Positions 28,804 to 38,549 are shown, numbered from the stretch's first letter. The stretch is DNA of 64,000 bases from an uncultured Gammaproteobacteria bacterium (GCA_964404855.1 CAYOLO010000001.1:222894-286893); one strand, 5' to 3'. The notes: generated by a model from the letters alone, not told the origin. A program made the numbers and translations.

Positions 28804-29970
28804 ATGACTAAGACTGACAGTATCAGTTATCACAAAGAGTTTGGCGGAAAATTGGCTGTATCCAGTAAGGTAAAGATTGAAAACAGAGAAGATCTTAGTT
28901 TGGCTTATACGCCTGGAGTTTCTGAAGTATCGAAGTATATAGCTGAAGACGCGACACGGGCATGGGAGGTTACAGGTAAAGGGAATGCAGTGGCGGTGGT
29001 GACTGATGGGTCGGCGGTTTTGGGCTTAGGAAATATTGGTGCTGAGGCGGCGTTACCAGTAATGGAAGGAAAAGCAATTTTGTTTAAAGAGTTAGGTGGA
29101 GTTGATGCTTATCCAATTTTAATAAAAACTCAAGATAACCAAACAATAATTGATTTGGTCAAAAATATTGCGCCAGGGTTTGGGGGCATAAATCTTGAAG
29201 ATATTGCAGCGCCGAATTGTTTTGTAATTGAAGAGGCTTTGCAGGGTATTGGTATTCCTGTTTTTCATGATGACCAATGGGGCACAGCGATTGTGGTGCT
29301 AGCTGCTTTACAAAATGCCTTGAAGGTGGTCGATAAGAATTTTACTAAGGTAAAAGTTGTTGTTTCTGGTGCAGGAGCTGCCGGAATGTCTATTTCGAAG
29401 TTGCTACTTAGGCGCGGTGTAGGGGACCTGATCTTGGTTGATTCAAAGGGGATTATTTATGACGGTAGAGAGGATATGAATGAGTACAAAAGAGAGATTG
29501 CTGATATTTCTAATTTTAATAAATTAACTGGAACGATTGAGGATGCGTTAGTTGGTGCGGATGTTTTTATTGGAGTTTCGAAAGGTGGAATTGTCGATAA
29601 AACAATGATTGAAAAGATGAATAGTAAGGCGATTGTTTTTGCAATGGCTAACCCTGATCCAGAAATTATGCCTGAAGAAGCAAAGTTGGGTGGGGCTTTT
29701 ATTGTGGGGACAGGAAGATCTGATTTTGATAATCAGATAAATAATTTATTGGCTTTTCCTGGTATTTTTAAGGGTGCTTTATCGGTTAGAGCAACTTCTA
29801 TAACGATGGAAATGAAACTTGCGGCGGTTGAGGCAATAGCAACTTCGGTTACAAATCCAACTGTTGATAAGATAGTGCCAGATTCGTTAGACAAGAGTGT
29901 GACAGGTAGGGTAGCGGTGGCGGTTGCTGAGGCTTGGGGAGAGAAAACAGAACCGAGTAAAAAGGGTTAG
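28804..29970 (+). CDS. NAD(P)-dependent malic enzyme (short form)
   Basis: It has 'LAYTPGVSEV…VVTDGSAVLGLGNIG' and a 'VVSGAGAAG' Rossmann motif, and is about 390 aa. Confidence 0.85.
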   Translation: MTKTDSISYHKEFGGKLAVSSKVKIENREDLSLAYTPGVSEVSKYIAEDATRAWEVTGKGNAVAVVTDGSAVLGLGNIGAEAALPVMEGKAILFKELGGVDAYPILIKTQDNQTIIDLVKNIAPGFGGINLEDIAAPNCFVIEEALQGIGIPVFHDDQWGTAIVVLAALQNALKVVDKNFTKVKVVVSGAGAAGMSISKLLLRRGVGDLILVDSKGIIYDGREDMNEYKREIADISNFNKLTGTIEDALVGADVFIGVSKGGIVDKTMIEKMNSKAIVFAMANPDPEIMPEEAKLGGAFIVGTGRSDFDNQINNLLAFPGIFKGALSVRATSITMEMKLAAVEAIATSVTNPTVDKIVPDSLDKSVTGRVAVAVAEAWGEKTEPSKKG

Positions 29971-30021
29971 CGTTTTTTTGCTAGAATTAAGCTGGGCTTA
30001 GGAGCCCTTAATCTGCCCTTA

Positions 30022-30354
30022 ATGAGTGAACTTACAGCCAATAATCACGATATAGCGGATACAACACAGCTTCCAGAAGAGAGGGTTGATTTTGTGCCGG
30101 AAGAAATAGTGCATTTTGAGCCAGTTTTGCCAACAATAGATATAAAAGGTGCAGAGGTTTTAGGGAATTTAGGAGAATCTCATACTGAACATATTCAGGC
30201 TGTTGGAGGAATAAATGTTGATTCTGAATCGGCTAAGGTCTTGCCAAATCATATACCTGAAACGGTATTGGTTGGAAAAGGTGATGTGGATAAATCATCA
30301 AGTTGGTTTATGGAAGTGAGAAATAGGATGTCTAAATTGAAAGGAGCGGCGTAA
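30022..30354 (+). CDS. Acidic hypothetical protein
   Basis: A 110-aa, D/E-rich ORF immediately upstream of the ATPase gene. Confidence 0.35.
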   Translation: MSELTANNHDIADTTQLPEERVDFVPEEIVHFEPVLPTIDIKGAEVLGNLGESHTEHIQAVGGINVDSESAKVLPNHIPETVLVGKGDVDKSSSWFMEVRNRMSKLKGAA

Positions 30355-30360
30355 GGGAAG

Positions 30361-32685
30361 ATGGATTTGGACTTAGCTAGTTTGATTAGCACACTACTAA
30401 CAATAATTGGAGTGGTTTTGATATTGGGTGTAACCAGTGCTGTTGGTGCGTATTTTGGGGCGATTAAGTATAGGAACAAAGATAGGGAGGAAAGATCATT
30501 AAATTTTGTTCTGCTTTCTGTAGCTGTACCAAGGGATAACGAGGTCAAAATCGATGCGATTGAGCAGATGTTTTCTTCACTTTCGGCTTTATCAGTGCCA
30601 GAAGGTTTTTTGAGTTTTCTTAAACCAAAGGATCATATTTCGTTCGAGATTGTGGCGTTACCTGGAGATATTAGATTCTATGTTTCTACGCCTAAAGAAT
30701 ATAAAGATTTATTGGTGAAGCAGATTTATGCTACTTATCCTGGAACGATGGTTCAGGAGGTCGAGGAATACAATATTTTTAATGAAACGGGGGAAGTAAG
30801 TTATGGGGCAATGAAGCTAGCTAAGGCGAATTATTTTCCGATTAAAACTTATAAAGAGCTGGTAACAGATCCTTTGTCATCACTAACATCACCTTTGGCT
30901 TCGTTGCAGGAGGGTGAGGGGGCTTGTATTCAAATATTGGTTTCTGGGGCTGATTCTAAGTGGAAAGATGCAGCCAAAGCGTTTGTGGCCAAGCAGAAAC
31001 ATGTATCGACAGACGATAAAGGTCCAAAGAGTAGTGGAGACCCAAGACAGATTGAGGCAGTTGAGTCCAAGGTGTCAAAATTGGGCTTGGAAACTTTAGT
31101 AAGAATTGTTGTCTCTAGTAATACAAAAGAAGGTTCAAAAATTCACTTCGACAATATTAAGAATGCTTTTTCACAATTTAGCTCAGACTTTAATAAGTTT
31201 TCTTCTGAGAAAGTAGGAAATAAACGAGCCTTTATGGAAGATTTTATATACAGGTATATGCCTGTAAGAGGTCGAGGGTCGATATTAAATATTGAGGAAC
31301 TTGCGAGTTTGTTCCATTTTCCAAATAAAAGTGTAGAGACACCGAATATTCACTGGCTGAATTTTAAGCGGGCTCCAACTAGTTCGAATATGGCGACGGA
31401 AGGATTACTTTTAGGCAAAAGTGTTTTTAGAGATACTGAGCGAAATGTTTACTTGGGCGATGATGATAGGAGAAGACATGTATATATTATTGGACGAACA
31501 GGAACAGGTAAAACGGAGCTACTTAAATCGATGATTTTGCAGGATATTAAGGCTGGAAAAGGTATTTGTTTTATTGATCCGCATGGTGACGCTGTTGAGG
31601 ATTTGTTAACAAAAATTCCAAAAGAAAGAGCCGAAGATGTTATATATTTTGACCCTTCTGACATGGAAAGGCCGATGGGGCTGAATATCATCGAAGCACA
31701 CACTGAAGAGCAAAAGGGAATGATTATTTCGAACTTTATTGGGCTAATGTACAAGCTTTATGATCCTCACCATCAAGGAATTGTGGGTCCGAGGCTTGAA
31801 CATGCGATTAGAAATTCAATGTTGACGGTAATGAGCATGCCAGGTGCTACATTAATTGAAACATATCGAGCTGTAACAGATTTAAATTATGTAAAAGAGA
31901 TTTTGCCAAAAGTAACTGATCCAGTAGTAAGAAGGTATTGGACGGACGAGATAGCCAATACAAACGAATATCACAGGTCGGAGACATTGGGATATTTTGC
32001 ATCAAAATTCGGCAGATTTGTGACTGATAGAATGATTAGAAACATTATTGGCCAGTCCGAGAGTGCTTTTGATATTCGTGAGGTAATGGATAATCAAAAA
32101 ATATTACTAATTAATCTTTCTAAAGGGAAGATTACTCCAGAAAATTCACAATTTTTGGGACTTATTTTGGTACCAAAAATACTAACTGCAGCGATGAGCA
32201 GGCAAGATATGCCGGAGGCTGATAGAAAAGACTTTTATTTGTATGTAGATGAGTTTCAGAATTTTGCGACTGAAACATTTGCTGAAATTTTGTCGGAGGC
32301 GAGAAAATATAGGTTGAACTTGATTGTCGCTAACCAGTTTATTAATCAGATGGAAGAGAATGTGAAAAATGCGGTGTTTGGTAACGTGGGTACCTTAATA
32401 TCTTTTAGAGTTGGTACTGAAGATGCGAATGTGTTAACCCATGAGTTTAAGGGGTTATTTAATGAGTTTGATTTGACCAATGTGGCGAGGTTTCAGACAT
32501 ATGTTCGGACGATTTACCGTAATGAACCACTTGAGCCGTTTTCGATGGATACTACAAGAGATTTAAGTAAGGATGTAAAAAATAACGAATTAGCTGAAAT
32601 TATTAGACAGTTGTCGAGACAGAAATTTGGCAAGGATGTTACAGTGCTCGAGCCTGAGATTGTGCAGAGAGCAAAGCTTGGTTAA
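30361..32685 (+). CDS. TM-anchored P-loop ATPase of the VirB4/TraC / HerA-FtsK superfamily (T4SS-like)
   Basis: It has an N-terminal TM helix, a long middle domain, Walker A 'GRTGTGKTE' and a Walker B-like 'FYLYVDEFQNFATE'. At 774 aa it is comparable in size to Gram-positive VirB4 homologues. Confidence 0.5.
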   Translation: MDLDLASLISTLLTIIGVVLILGVTSAVGAYFGAIKYRNKDREERSLNFVLLSVAVPRDNEVKIDAIEQMFSSLSALSVPEGFLSFLKPKDHISFEIVALPGDIRFYVSTPKEYKDLLVKQIYATYPGTMVQEVEEYNIFNETGEVSYGAMKLAKANYFPIKTYKELVTDPLSSLTSPLASLQEGEGACIQILVSGADSKWKDAAKAFVAKQKHVSTDDKGPKSSGDPRQIEAVESKVSKLGLETLVRIVVSSNTKEGSKIHFDNIKNAFSQFSSDFNKFSSEKVGNKRAFMEDFIYRYMPVRGRGSILNIEELASLFHFPNKSVETPNIHWLNFKRAPTSSNMATEGLLLGKSVFRDTERNVYLGDDDRRRHVYIIGRTGTGKTELLKSMILQDIKAGKGICFIDPHGDAVEDLLTKIPKERAEDVIYFDPSDMERPMGLNIIEAHTEEQKGMIISNFIGLMYKLYDPHHQGIVGPRLEHAIRNSMLTVMSMPGATLIETYRAVTDLNYVKEILPKVTDPVVRRYWTDEIANTNEYHRSETLGYFASKFGRFVTDRMIRNIIGQSESAFDIREVMDNQKILLINLSKGKITPENSQFLGLILVPKILTAAMSRQDMPEADRKDFYLYVDEFQNFATETFAEILSEARKYRLNLIVANQFINQMEENVKNAVFGNVGTLISFRVGTEDANVLTHEFKGLFNEFDLTNVARFQTYVRTIYRNEPLEPFSMDTTRDLSKDVKNNELAEIIRQLSRQKFGKDVTVLEPEIVQRAKLG

Positions 32686-32704
32686 TAAAAGTAAGGAAAA
32701 AATG

Positions 32705-32778
32705 TGGGCGCGCTTGGACTTGAACCAAGGACATCGACCTTATAAGAGTCGCGCTCTAACCAACTGAGCTACGCGCCC
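32705..32778 (-). tRNA. tRNA-Ile, anticodon UAU
   Basis: The reverse complement GGGCGCGTAGCTCAGTTGGTTAGAGCGCGACTCTTATAAGGTCGATGTCCTTGGTTCAAGTCCAAGCGCGCCCA folds as a cloverleaf with a 7-bp acceptor and a 5-bp T-stem. The anticodon loop is CTTATAA. CCA is not encoded. Confidence 0.8.
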
Positions 32779-32849
32779 ATGACTTCCTTCTGTTTGGGTA
32801 AAGGAGATTTTACTTCAAAAATCTGCCTGTGACAAAGATGTAAAATATA

Positions 32850-33041
32850 TTGGAACTAATAAATATGCTGAAACGTTACACAATTTTTGCAATGATTGGC
32901 TTGGCGGGAATCGGTGGATTGTTTTTGATTTTTTACCTTAGCTGGTTTTGGAGACTGTTTTTGGTACCAATTATGGTAATTGTTGGGTACGGGCTGATTT
33001 CGTCAGAGCTAGATAAAACAAGAGGGAAGAAGGATAAGTAA
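32850..33041 (+). CDS. Small membrane protein (2 TM), hypothetical
   Basis: A 63-aa hydrophobic ORF, which might be spurious. Confidence 0.3.
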   Translation: MELINMLKRYTIFAMIGLAGIGGLFLIFYLSWFWRLFLVPIMVIVGYGLISSELDKTRGKKDK

Positions 33042-33093
33042 GTACCTTTACTCCATAAAATAACAGAAAATACAGAAGTATATGAGCTTAAGT

Positions 33094-33990
33094 TTAAAGC
33101 TCTTCGAGTTTAACTTTTTCCGAATTTTTCTTTGGTTCGATTAAACCAAGGTAGCGTTCAGTTGTTGATAGTCTTTTGTGTCCAGCAAGTTTGGAGATAA
33201 GTACAACAGATGTTCCTCTTGAAAGGTGGTGGTGTACCCAAGTGTGGCGTAAGTCGTTGACCTTGGCGTGGGCGATACCGGCTTTTTTGAAGTAACGATC
33301 GATTGCTGTACGGATGTTGCGAATAAGAAGAGGTTTGTTGTTTTTGGTAACAAACAAGTTGTCATCAGGTTTGGCTTCTTTGCGTTCTTTAAGATAGCGT
33401 TTAACTGCTTCTTCGGCAGCAGTATTTAGTGGAATTGTACGCTCAGTGTGGCCTTCAAATGGGCGAATATAGATTCTGCCTTCTTTTTTGCCTTCGGAAA
33501 GAAAAATATCTTCGATTCTGATTCTGGCGAGTTCTCCGATACGCATACCGGTTTGAAGCAAAAGTTCAATTACAGCAGAAATTCTTGCATCACTGCGAGC
33601 AGCATCACGAAGAGCGCGATACTCAAGCGGCGTGAGAACTCGAGGCTGTTTGGTTTCGAATTTGGGGTGTGCGACCATTGCCGAAGGGTCATCAGTGATT
33701 ATTTCTTCTATTTTTAGAAAACGGAAGAATGTTTTAGTTGAATTAAGCTTTCTTGAAACGCTTTTTGGAGTGTATCCTTCTTTGCCGAGCTTGGCTAAAA
33801 AGGCATTAATATCAGCTGTTGAGACTTCGTGAACATGGTTTTTTTGCAGTTCTTGTAGGAATGCTACAAGCTGCTCAATATCTTTACCGTAAGCTAGAAC
33901 CGTAGCGGATGCTCGGTTTTTACCTCGAAGGTGGTCAATAAATGTTTGATGGGCATTTTTAAGGGCAATTGGATCTGATTTTGCGGCCAT
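33094..33990 (-). CDS. Tyrosine site-specific recombinase (XerC/XerD-size phage-integrase family)
   Basis: The C-terminal catalytic region '…LRHTWVHHHLSRGTSVVLISKLAGHKRLSTTERY' carries the R, H-x-x-R and Y residues. At 298 aa it is XerC/D-like in size. It lies between tRNA loci. Confidence 0.8.
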   Translation of the reverse strand: MAAKSDPIALKNAHQTFIDHLRGKNRASATVLAYGKDIEQLVAFLQELQKNHVHEVSTADINAFLAKLGKEGYTPKSVSRKLNSTKTFFRFLKIEEIITDDPSAMVAHPKFETKQPRVLTPLEYRALRDAARSDARISAVIELLLQTGMRIGELARIRIEDIFLSEGKKEGRIYIRPFEGHTERTIPLNTAAEEAVKRYLKERKEAKPDDNLFVTKNNKPLLIRNIRTAIDRYFKKAGIAHAKVNDLRHTWVHHHLSRGTSVVLISKLAGHKRLSTTERYLGLIEPKKNSEKVKLEEL

Positions 33991-34124
33991 AATTAATTTT
34001 TAAGTAATAATCAAATTTCAGGGTAAATTAGCTTTGATTGCCCTGGGGCATTATGAACTATGGGATAGTGTAGCTTATGTATAACAGTACTGTCAAGTAT
34101 GATTTTGGTTAATAATTTTTACGT

Positions 34125-34493
34125 TTGGTGCTTAAAAGATACAATGGAGATATGAGATCAAAATGGGTAATACAGTTAATAATGATAGCGTTTGGTTTGT
34201 GGCTAATAATTGTTTTTACTAGGCAGTTTTTAGAGTTTTTTGATAGTGGGGATAGAATTGAACAGACTCAAACAGAAATGCAAAAACTTGAGGCTGAAAA
34301 TGCCAAATTGAAGGAAGAAAAGGCTTATAGGCAGACTAATTTTTTTATTGAAAAAGAGGCTAGAGAGAAGCTGGGGTATGGCATTGAAGGAGAATCAACG
34401 GTGATTTTTAAACAAGAGCAGGCAACACCTGAGGCTCAGGTAAAAACTGAAGAGATTCCTAATTGGAAAAAGTGGCTTGATTTCTTGTTTTAA
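34125..34493 (+). CDS. FtsB/DivIC-like septum formation initiator (TM plus coiled coil)
   Basis: It has a single TM, a coiled coil (KLEAENAKLKEEK) and 'EKEAREKLGYGIEGE', which matches the septum-formation-initiator family motif. Confidence 0.6.
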   Translation: MVLKRYNGDMRSKWVIQLIMIAFGLWLIIVFTRQFLEFFDSGDRIEQTQTEMQKLEAENAKLKEEKAYRQTNFFIEKEAREKLGYGIEGESTVIFKQEQATPEAQVKTEEIPNWKKWLDFLF

Positions 34494-34550
34494 TTGACGG
34501 TTTTAGCTTCAAGTGATAGAATTCTGCGACGGATAGAATAACTTTAATAT

Positions 34551-34622
34551 AGCGGTGTGGTGTACCGGGAACACGCCAGGCTCATAATCTGGAGATACGT
34601 AGTTCGACTCTACGCGCCGCAA
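34551..34622 (+). tRNA. tRNA with CAU anticodon (Met/Ile2-lysidine class), with an A1·A72 acceptor mismatch
   Basis: The cloverleaf has acceptor AGCGGTG / CGCCGCA, D-stem GTGT/ACAC, anticodon stem CCAGG/TCTGG with loop CTCATAA, and T-arm CGTAG-TTCGACT-CTACG. U8, A14, U33 and A58 are present. Confidence 0.6.
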
Positions 34623-34635
34623 CAAGTAAGGAAAA

Positions 34636-34663
34636 ACCGACTCTAAAAGGGTCGGTTTTTTTT
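34636..34663 (+). terminator. Intrinsic terminator downstream of the tRNA
   Basis: ACCGAC…GTCGGT hairpin followed by TTTTTTTT. Confidence 0.55.
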
Positions 34664-34678
34664 GTTAAGATTTAGAAA

Positions 34679-34891
34679 ATGGGTGTAGAAAAAACTAAAA
34701 TTTGTCCGAAATGTAAGTCAAAAATGGAAGAGGGTGTTGTGCCTGACAGATCTGAAGATTGGCAAAAATATAATTTACAGTGGGGTAAGAAAGTGACGAG
34801 GTTGGGTTTTGGGTTAAAAGATACGACTGATTTAAGAGCTTTTAAGTGTGAAATTTGCGGTTATATTGAGCTATACACTAAAAAGGTTTAA
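34679..34891 (+). CDS. Small zinc-ribbon protein
   Basis: A 70-aa ORF with CPKC…CEIC Cys pairs. Confidence 0.45.
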   Translation: MGVEKTKICPKCKSKMEEGVVPDRSEDWQKYNLQWGKKVTRLGFGLKDTTDLRAFKCEICGYIELYTKKV

Positions 34892-34892
34892 G

Positions 34893-34965
34893 TGGCGACG
34901 GTTGGGCTCGAACCAACGACCGCGGGTTTATGAATCCCGTGCTCTACCAACTGAGCTACGCCGCC
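34893..34965 (-). tRNA. tRNA with CAU anticodon (elongator Met or Ile2 class; G1-C72 paired)
   Basis: The reverse complement GGCGGCGTAGCTCAGTTGGTAGAGCACGGGATTCATAAACCCGCGGTCGTTGGTTCGAGCCCAACCGTCGCCA forms a cloverleaf with T-stem GTTGG/CCAAC and anticodon loop TTCATAA. Confidence 0.75.
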
Positions 34966-35069
34966 AAGAAATAATTATTTATTTGAAGTGCCGAGGCATT
35001 CTCTCAATTTTTGGCATAATTTTCAATCATTTTTGAGTAAAAGTGTCTCTTTAAAGTACAATAAGGATT

Positions 35070-36053
35070 ATGAAAAAGAGAATTTTGACTGGTGATAGGC
35101 CGACTGGGCCATTGCATTTGGGTCACTATTTTGGGTCGCTTGCTAATAGAGTACAGTTGCAAGACGAGTTTGATACTTATATCTTGGTAGCTGATGTGCA
35201 AGCTTTGACGGATAATTTTGATAATCCAGAAAAGGTTAAGGAAAATGTTTTAGAGGTGGTTAAGGACAATTTGGCGGTAGGAGTGGATCCTAAAAAGGCG
35301 ACGATTTTTCTGCAATCAGCCATTCCGGAAATAGCAGAATTAACTGTGTTTTTTGCTAATTTGGTCACAGTTTCTCGTTTACAGCGTAATCCGACCGTAA
35401 AAGATGAGATGAAGCAGAAAAAAATGGAAGAGTCACTTCCTTTAGGATTTTTGATGTATCCAGTTTCTCAGGCGGCAGATATTTTGGTGGTTAAGGCTAA
35501 TCTTGTGCCTGTTGGTGAGGATCAAGTACCTCATATTGAGCAAACGAGAGAGATTGCAAGGAATTTTAATAAGATTTATGGAGAGGTTTTCCCTGAGCCT
35601 GTGGCTAGAGTAGGTGAAATGCCAAGGTTGGTGGGAATAGATGGAAAAGCAAAAATGAGTAAGAGTTTGGGGAATGCAATTTATTTGAAAGATTCCACCG
35701 ACGAGCTTAAGAAGAAGATAAATAAGATGTATACCGATCCGACAAGAATAAAAGCGACTGACCCTGGGCATATTGAGGGTAATGTGGTTTTTATGTATTT
35801 GGATATTTTTATGAAGGACAAGGGTATGTTGGATTCACTTAAAAGTGATTATAAAAAGGGCCAGTTGGGAGATGTGGTGATAAAAGAGTATTTGTTTGAT
35901 GAAATTAATAATTTTTTGACTCCAATTAGGCAAAAAAGAGAATCAATTAGCGATAAAGATGCTATGGAGGTATTAAGAGATGGTACGGATAGGGCGAGTG
36001 TGGTCACGCGAGAGACAATGAGGGAAGTTAGGAAAGCGATGAGGTTACTCTAA
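35070..36053 (+). CDS. trpS: Tryptophan--tRNA ligase
   Basis: It has the 'HLGH' HIGH motif near the N-terminus and 'KMSKS', and at 327 aa is TrpS-sized. Confidence 0.9.
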   Translation: MKKRILTGDRPTGPLHLGHYFGSLANRVQLQDEFDTYILVADVQALTDNFDNPEKVKENVLEVVKDNLAVGVDPKKATIFLQSAIPEIAELTVFFANLVTVSRLQRNPTVKDEMKQKKMEESLPLGFLMYPVSQAADILVVKANLVPVGEDQVPHIEQTREIARNFNKIYGEVFPEPVARVGEMPRLVGIDGKAKMSKSLGNAIYLKDSTDELKKKINKMYTDPTRIKATDPGHIEGNVVFMYLDIFMKDKGMLDSLKSDYKKGQLGDVVIKEYLFDEINNFLTPIRQKRESISDKDAMEVLRDGTDRASVVTRETMREVRKAMRLL

Positions 36054-36303
36054 CTCCTGATATTTTAAGAGTTTTTTATTTTAAATACATATTTTTTTCA
36101 ATTCGCTTACTCGCACACTTGAATCCCCTTGCGACGACTCTCATTCATTTGTGTTTGATCGAAGGATGGGGTTGTCAAAGGACGGTTTCTCCTTGAAGGT
36201 GGAATTAACTGAGATGGATTTTAACATAAAAAGTTAACTATGAGCTTGCTATTAAAAAACTTGAGCTGATATACTTGGCGCTAGTTTTAACAAGATAAAT
36301 TTT

Positions 36304-36639
36304 ATGCCTCTTAAGCCGACAATTACTTATGACGACTTTGCAAAGCTTGATTTGCGGGTTGGTACAGTTGAGAGTTTTGAAGATGTAGAAAAATCTGAAA
36401 AACTTGTCAAATTGACTGTAAATATAGGCCTTAATACTCGCCAAATATTGGCTGGAATTAAGGACGCGGTCAAAAAAGAAGATTTGGTCGGTAAACAGAT
36501 AATAATTGTGGTTAATTTAGAAGCAAAAAAAATGGCAGGACTTGAATCTCAGGGCATGATACTTGCAGCTGATGAGGATGGGAAGGCTATAATTGTTTCT
36601 CCAGTTAGAGAATTGGAGAACGGGACAGTGGTGAGATAA
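36304..36639 (+). CDS. tRNA-binding domain protein (CsaA/Trbp111-like OB fold)
   Basis: 'DFAKLDLRVGTVESFEDVEKSEKLVKLTVNIG' matches the EMAP/Trbp111 tRNA-binding domain. Confidence 0.7.
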   Translation: MPLKPTITYDDFAKLDLRVGTVESFEDVEKSEKLVKLTVNIGLNTRQILAGIKDAVKKEDLVGKQIIIVVNLEAKKMAGLESQGMILAADEDGKAIIVSPVRELENGTVVR

Positions 36640-36641
36640 AT

Positions 36642-38549
36642 ATGAGAAAAATACCAAAAGTTAATTCAAAATTTAAAAATAAAGTAAAAAAACAAACTCT
36701 TATTCCTGCGTCTGGTAAGGGTAGCCCTTGGCGAGGATATTTGATTTATGGTGTCATGGCCTTACTGCTTTTTATGGTGTTTTTTAACTTTTCTGGTAGT
36801 GGAGTGGCTGGAGAAAAAATAACCTTGTCTCAAGCTCTTTCTGATATTAAAGAGGATAAAGTTAAAAATGTTTTGGTCGATGGGGATAAAGTTAATTTGA
36901 CATATAAAGATGGTGCAGAAAAACTTGCGCAAAAAGAGAAGAATGAATCGTTAGTTGAGACTTTTTCGGCAAGTAGTATTGATCCATCAAAAATTTCCTA
37001 TGAAGTTAAAGATAATTCGACGAGTGAGCTAATTAGTTCGGTATTGATTAACTTTTTGCCAATTATTGTAATTATTGTGGTGTTTTTTCTTATTTTTAGA
37101 CAAGCAAGAGAAGGCGCAAACTCGGTTTTTTCTTTTGGGCAATCTAAAGCTAAAAGATTTAGTAAAGATAATCCTACTGCAACATTTAAAGATGTGGCTG
37201 GCGTTGATGAAGCTAAAAAAGAACTTGAGGAGGTTGTTGAGTTTTTGAAAAATCCGAAAAAATTCACCGCACTTGGTGCTAAGACCCCAAAAGGAGTGTT
37301 GTTGGTTGGTCCAGCTGGAACAGGTAAAACTTTACTTGCTCGAGCAGTAGCAGGGGAAGCTGGGGTACCGTTTTTTTCAGTGGCAGGAAGTGAATTTATG
37401 GAAATGTTAGTTGGTGTAGGAGCAGCTAGAGTTCGTGATTTGTTTGCTAACGCGAAAGCTTCTGGTAGTGCAATTATTTTTATTGACGAAATCGAATCTA
37501 TTGGTCGCCAGAGAGGAATGAGTATGTCTGGTGGACACGATGAGCGCGAACAGACTTTGAATCAGATACTAGTTGAGATGGATGGGTTTAATCCTAACGA
37601 TAATGTGATTGTAATGGCTGCAACTAATAGACCAGATTTGCTTGATCCAGCATTGGTACGACCTGGAAGATTTGACAGAACTGTGGTTTTGTCGCTGCCT
37701 GATATTGAAGAGCGAAAAGCAATTTTATCGATTCATAAAACAGGCAAGCCGTTTGTTAAAAATGTTGATTGGACAAAAATTGCCAAACGTACGGTTGGGT
37801 TTTCTGGGGCTGATTTAGCAAATATGTTGAATGAAGCAGCAATATTAACTGCCAGAGAAGGTAAAAAAGAAATTACATCGCTTCAGCTTGAAGAAGCGGC
37901 CACAAAAGTAAAAATGGGTCCACAGAAGAAGAGATTGCAGAGCCAAGAAGAGAAGGAAATGACGGCGTATCATGAAGGTGGACATGCGATAGTTGCCCAC
38001 TTTAGTCCGAATATGGATCCTGTACATAGAATTTCTATTGTTTCTAGAGGAATGACAGGTGGGCATACTTTGATTCCACCATCAGTTGATAGAACAACAG
38101 AGAAGAAATCACACTTACTTGAACAGATTGCGACATTGTTGGGTGGTAGAGCAGCAGAGGAGCTAGTTTATGGAGAGGTTTCGACAGGGGCTTCTAATGA
38201 TTTGTCGGTTGCAACGAATATTGCCAGACAAATGGTAACTGAATTCGGTATGAGTAATTTGGGAGCTATTAATGTTGGAGGACAAAAAGACTTTGGAGTA
38301 TGGGGTGTTGATTCTGGCCCTGGATATTCTGAAGAGTTTGCTGCCAAAATCGACAAAGAAATTGTAAGAATATTAGACGAAGGTTACAAGGATGCTGTTG
38401 TATTGTTAAAGAAAAATAAGAAGGTATTGGATTTGGTCGTAAAAAGATTAGTAGAAGTTGAGACAATGGAGTCAGAAGAGTTTGAGAAAATTGCGGGACC
38501 AAGGCCAATGGTGGCTAAAAAAGTCGAAGCATCCAAGAGCTTGAGTTAA
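36642..38549 (+). CDS. ftsH: ATP-dependent zinc metalloprotease FtsH
   Basis: It has N-terminal TMs, AAA Walker A 'GPAGTGKT', the second region of homology (SRH) and the HEGGH zinc motif. Confidence 0.9.
   Translation: MRKIPKVNSKFKNKVKKQTLIPASGKGSPWRGYLIYGVMALLLFMVFFNFSGSGVAGEKITLSQALSDIKEDKVKNVLVDGDKVNLTYKDGAEKLAQKEKNESLVETFSASSIDPSKISYEVKDNSTSELISSVLINFLPIIVIIVVFFLIFRQAREGANSVFSFGQSKAKRFSKDNPTATFKDVAGVDEAKKELEEVVEFLKNPKKFTALGAKTPKGVLLVGPAGTGKTLLARAVAGEAGVPFFSVAGSEFMEMLVGVGAARVRDLFANAKASGSAIIFIDEIESIGRQRGMSMSGGHDEREQTLNQILVEMDGFNPNDNVIVMAATNRPDLLDPALVRPGRFDRTVVLSLPDIEERKAILSIHKTGKPFVKNVDWTKIAKRTVGFSGADLANMLNEAAILTAREGKKEITSLQLEEAATKVKMGPQKKRLQSQEEKEMTAYHEGGHAIVAHFSPNMDPVHRISIVSRGMTGGHTLIPPSVDRTTEKKSHLLEQIATLLGGRAAEELVYGEVSTGASNDLSVATNIARQMVTEFGMSNLGAINVGGQKDFGVWGVDSGPGYSEEFAAKIDKEIVRILDEGYKDAVVLLKKNKKVLDLVVKRLVEVETMESEEFEKIAGPRPMVAKKVEASKSLS

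Noticed and set aside
33094-33990. Phage-type integrase defining a tRNA-flanked genomic island
   Set aside because: This is not rejected outright. However, the size (298 aa) and N-terminal core-binding region are equally compatible with the chromosomal XerC/XerD dimer-resolution recombinase. The intervening genes (FtsB-like, zinc ribbon) are housekeeping-like, and I saw no att-like direct repeats by eye.
34848-35036. 62-aa ORF from the six-frame track
   Set aside because: It lies entirely across the minus-strand tRNA(CAU) gene and its flanks, so it is spurious.
36054-36303. T-box riboswitch upstream of the tRNA-binding-protein gene
   Set aside because: The T-box consensus AAUUAGGGUGGNACCGCG and a specifier/AGAGA stem I could not be found. 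There is only a GGUGGAAUUAAC fragment.
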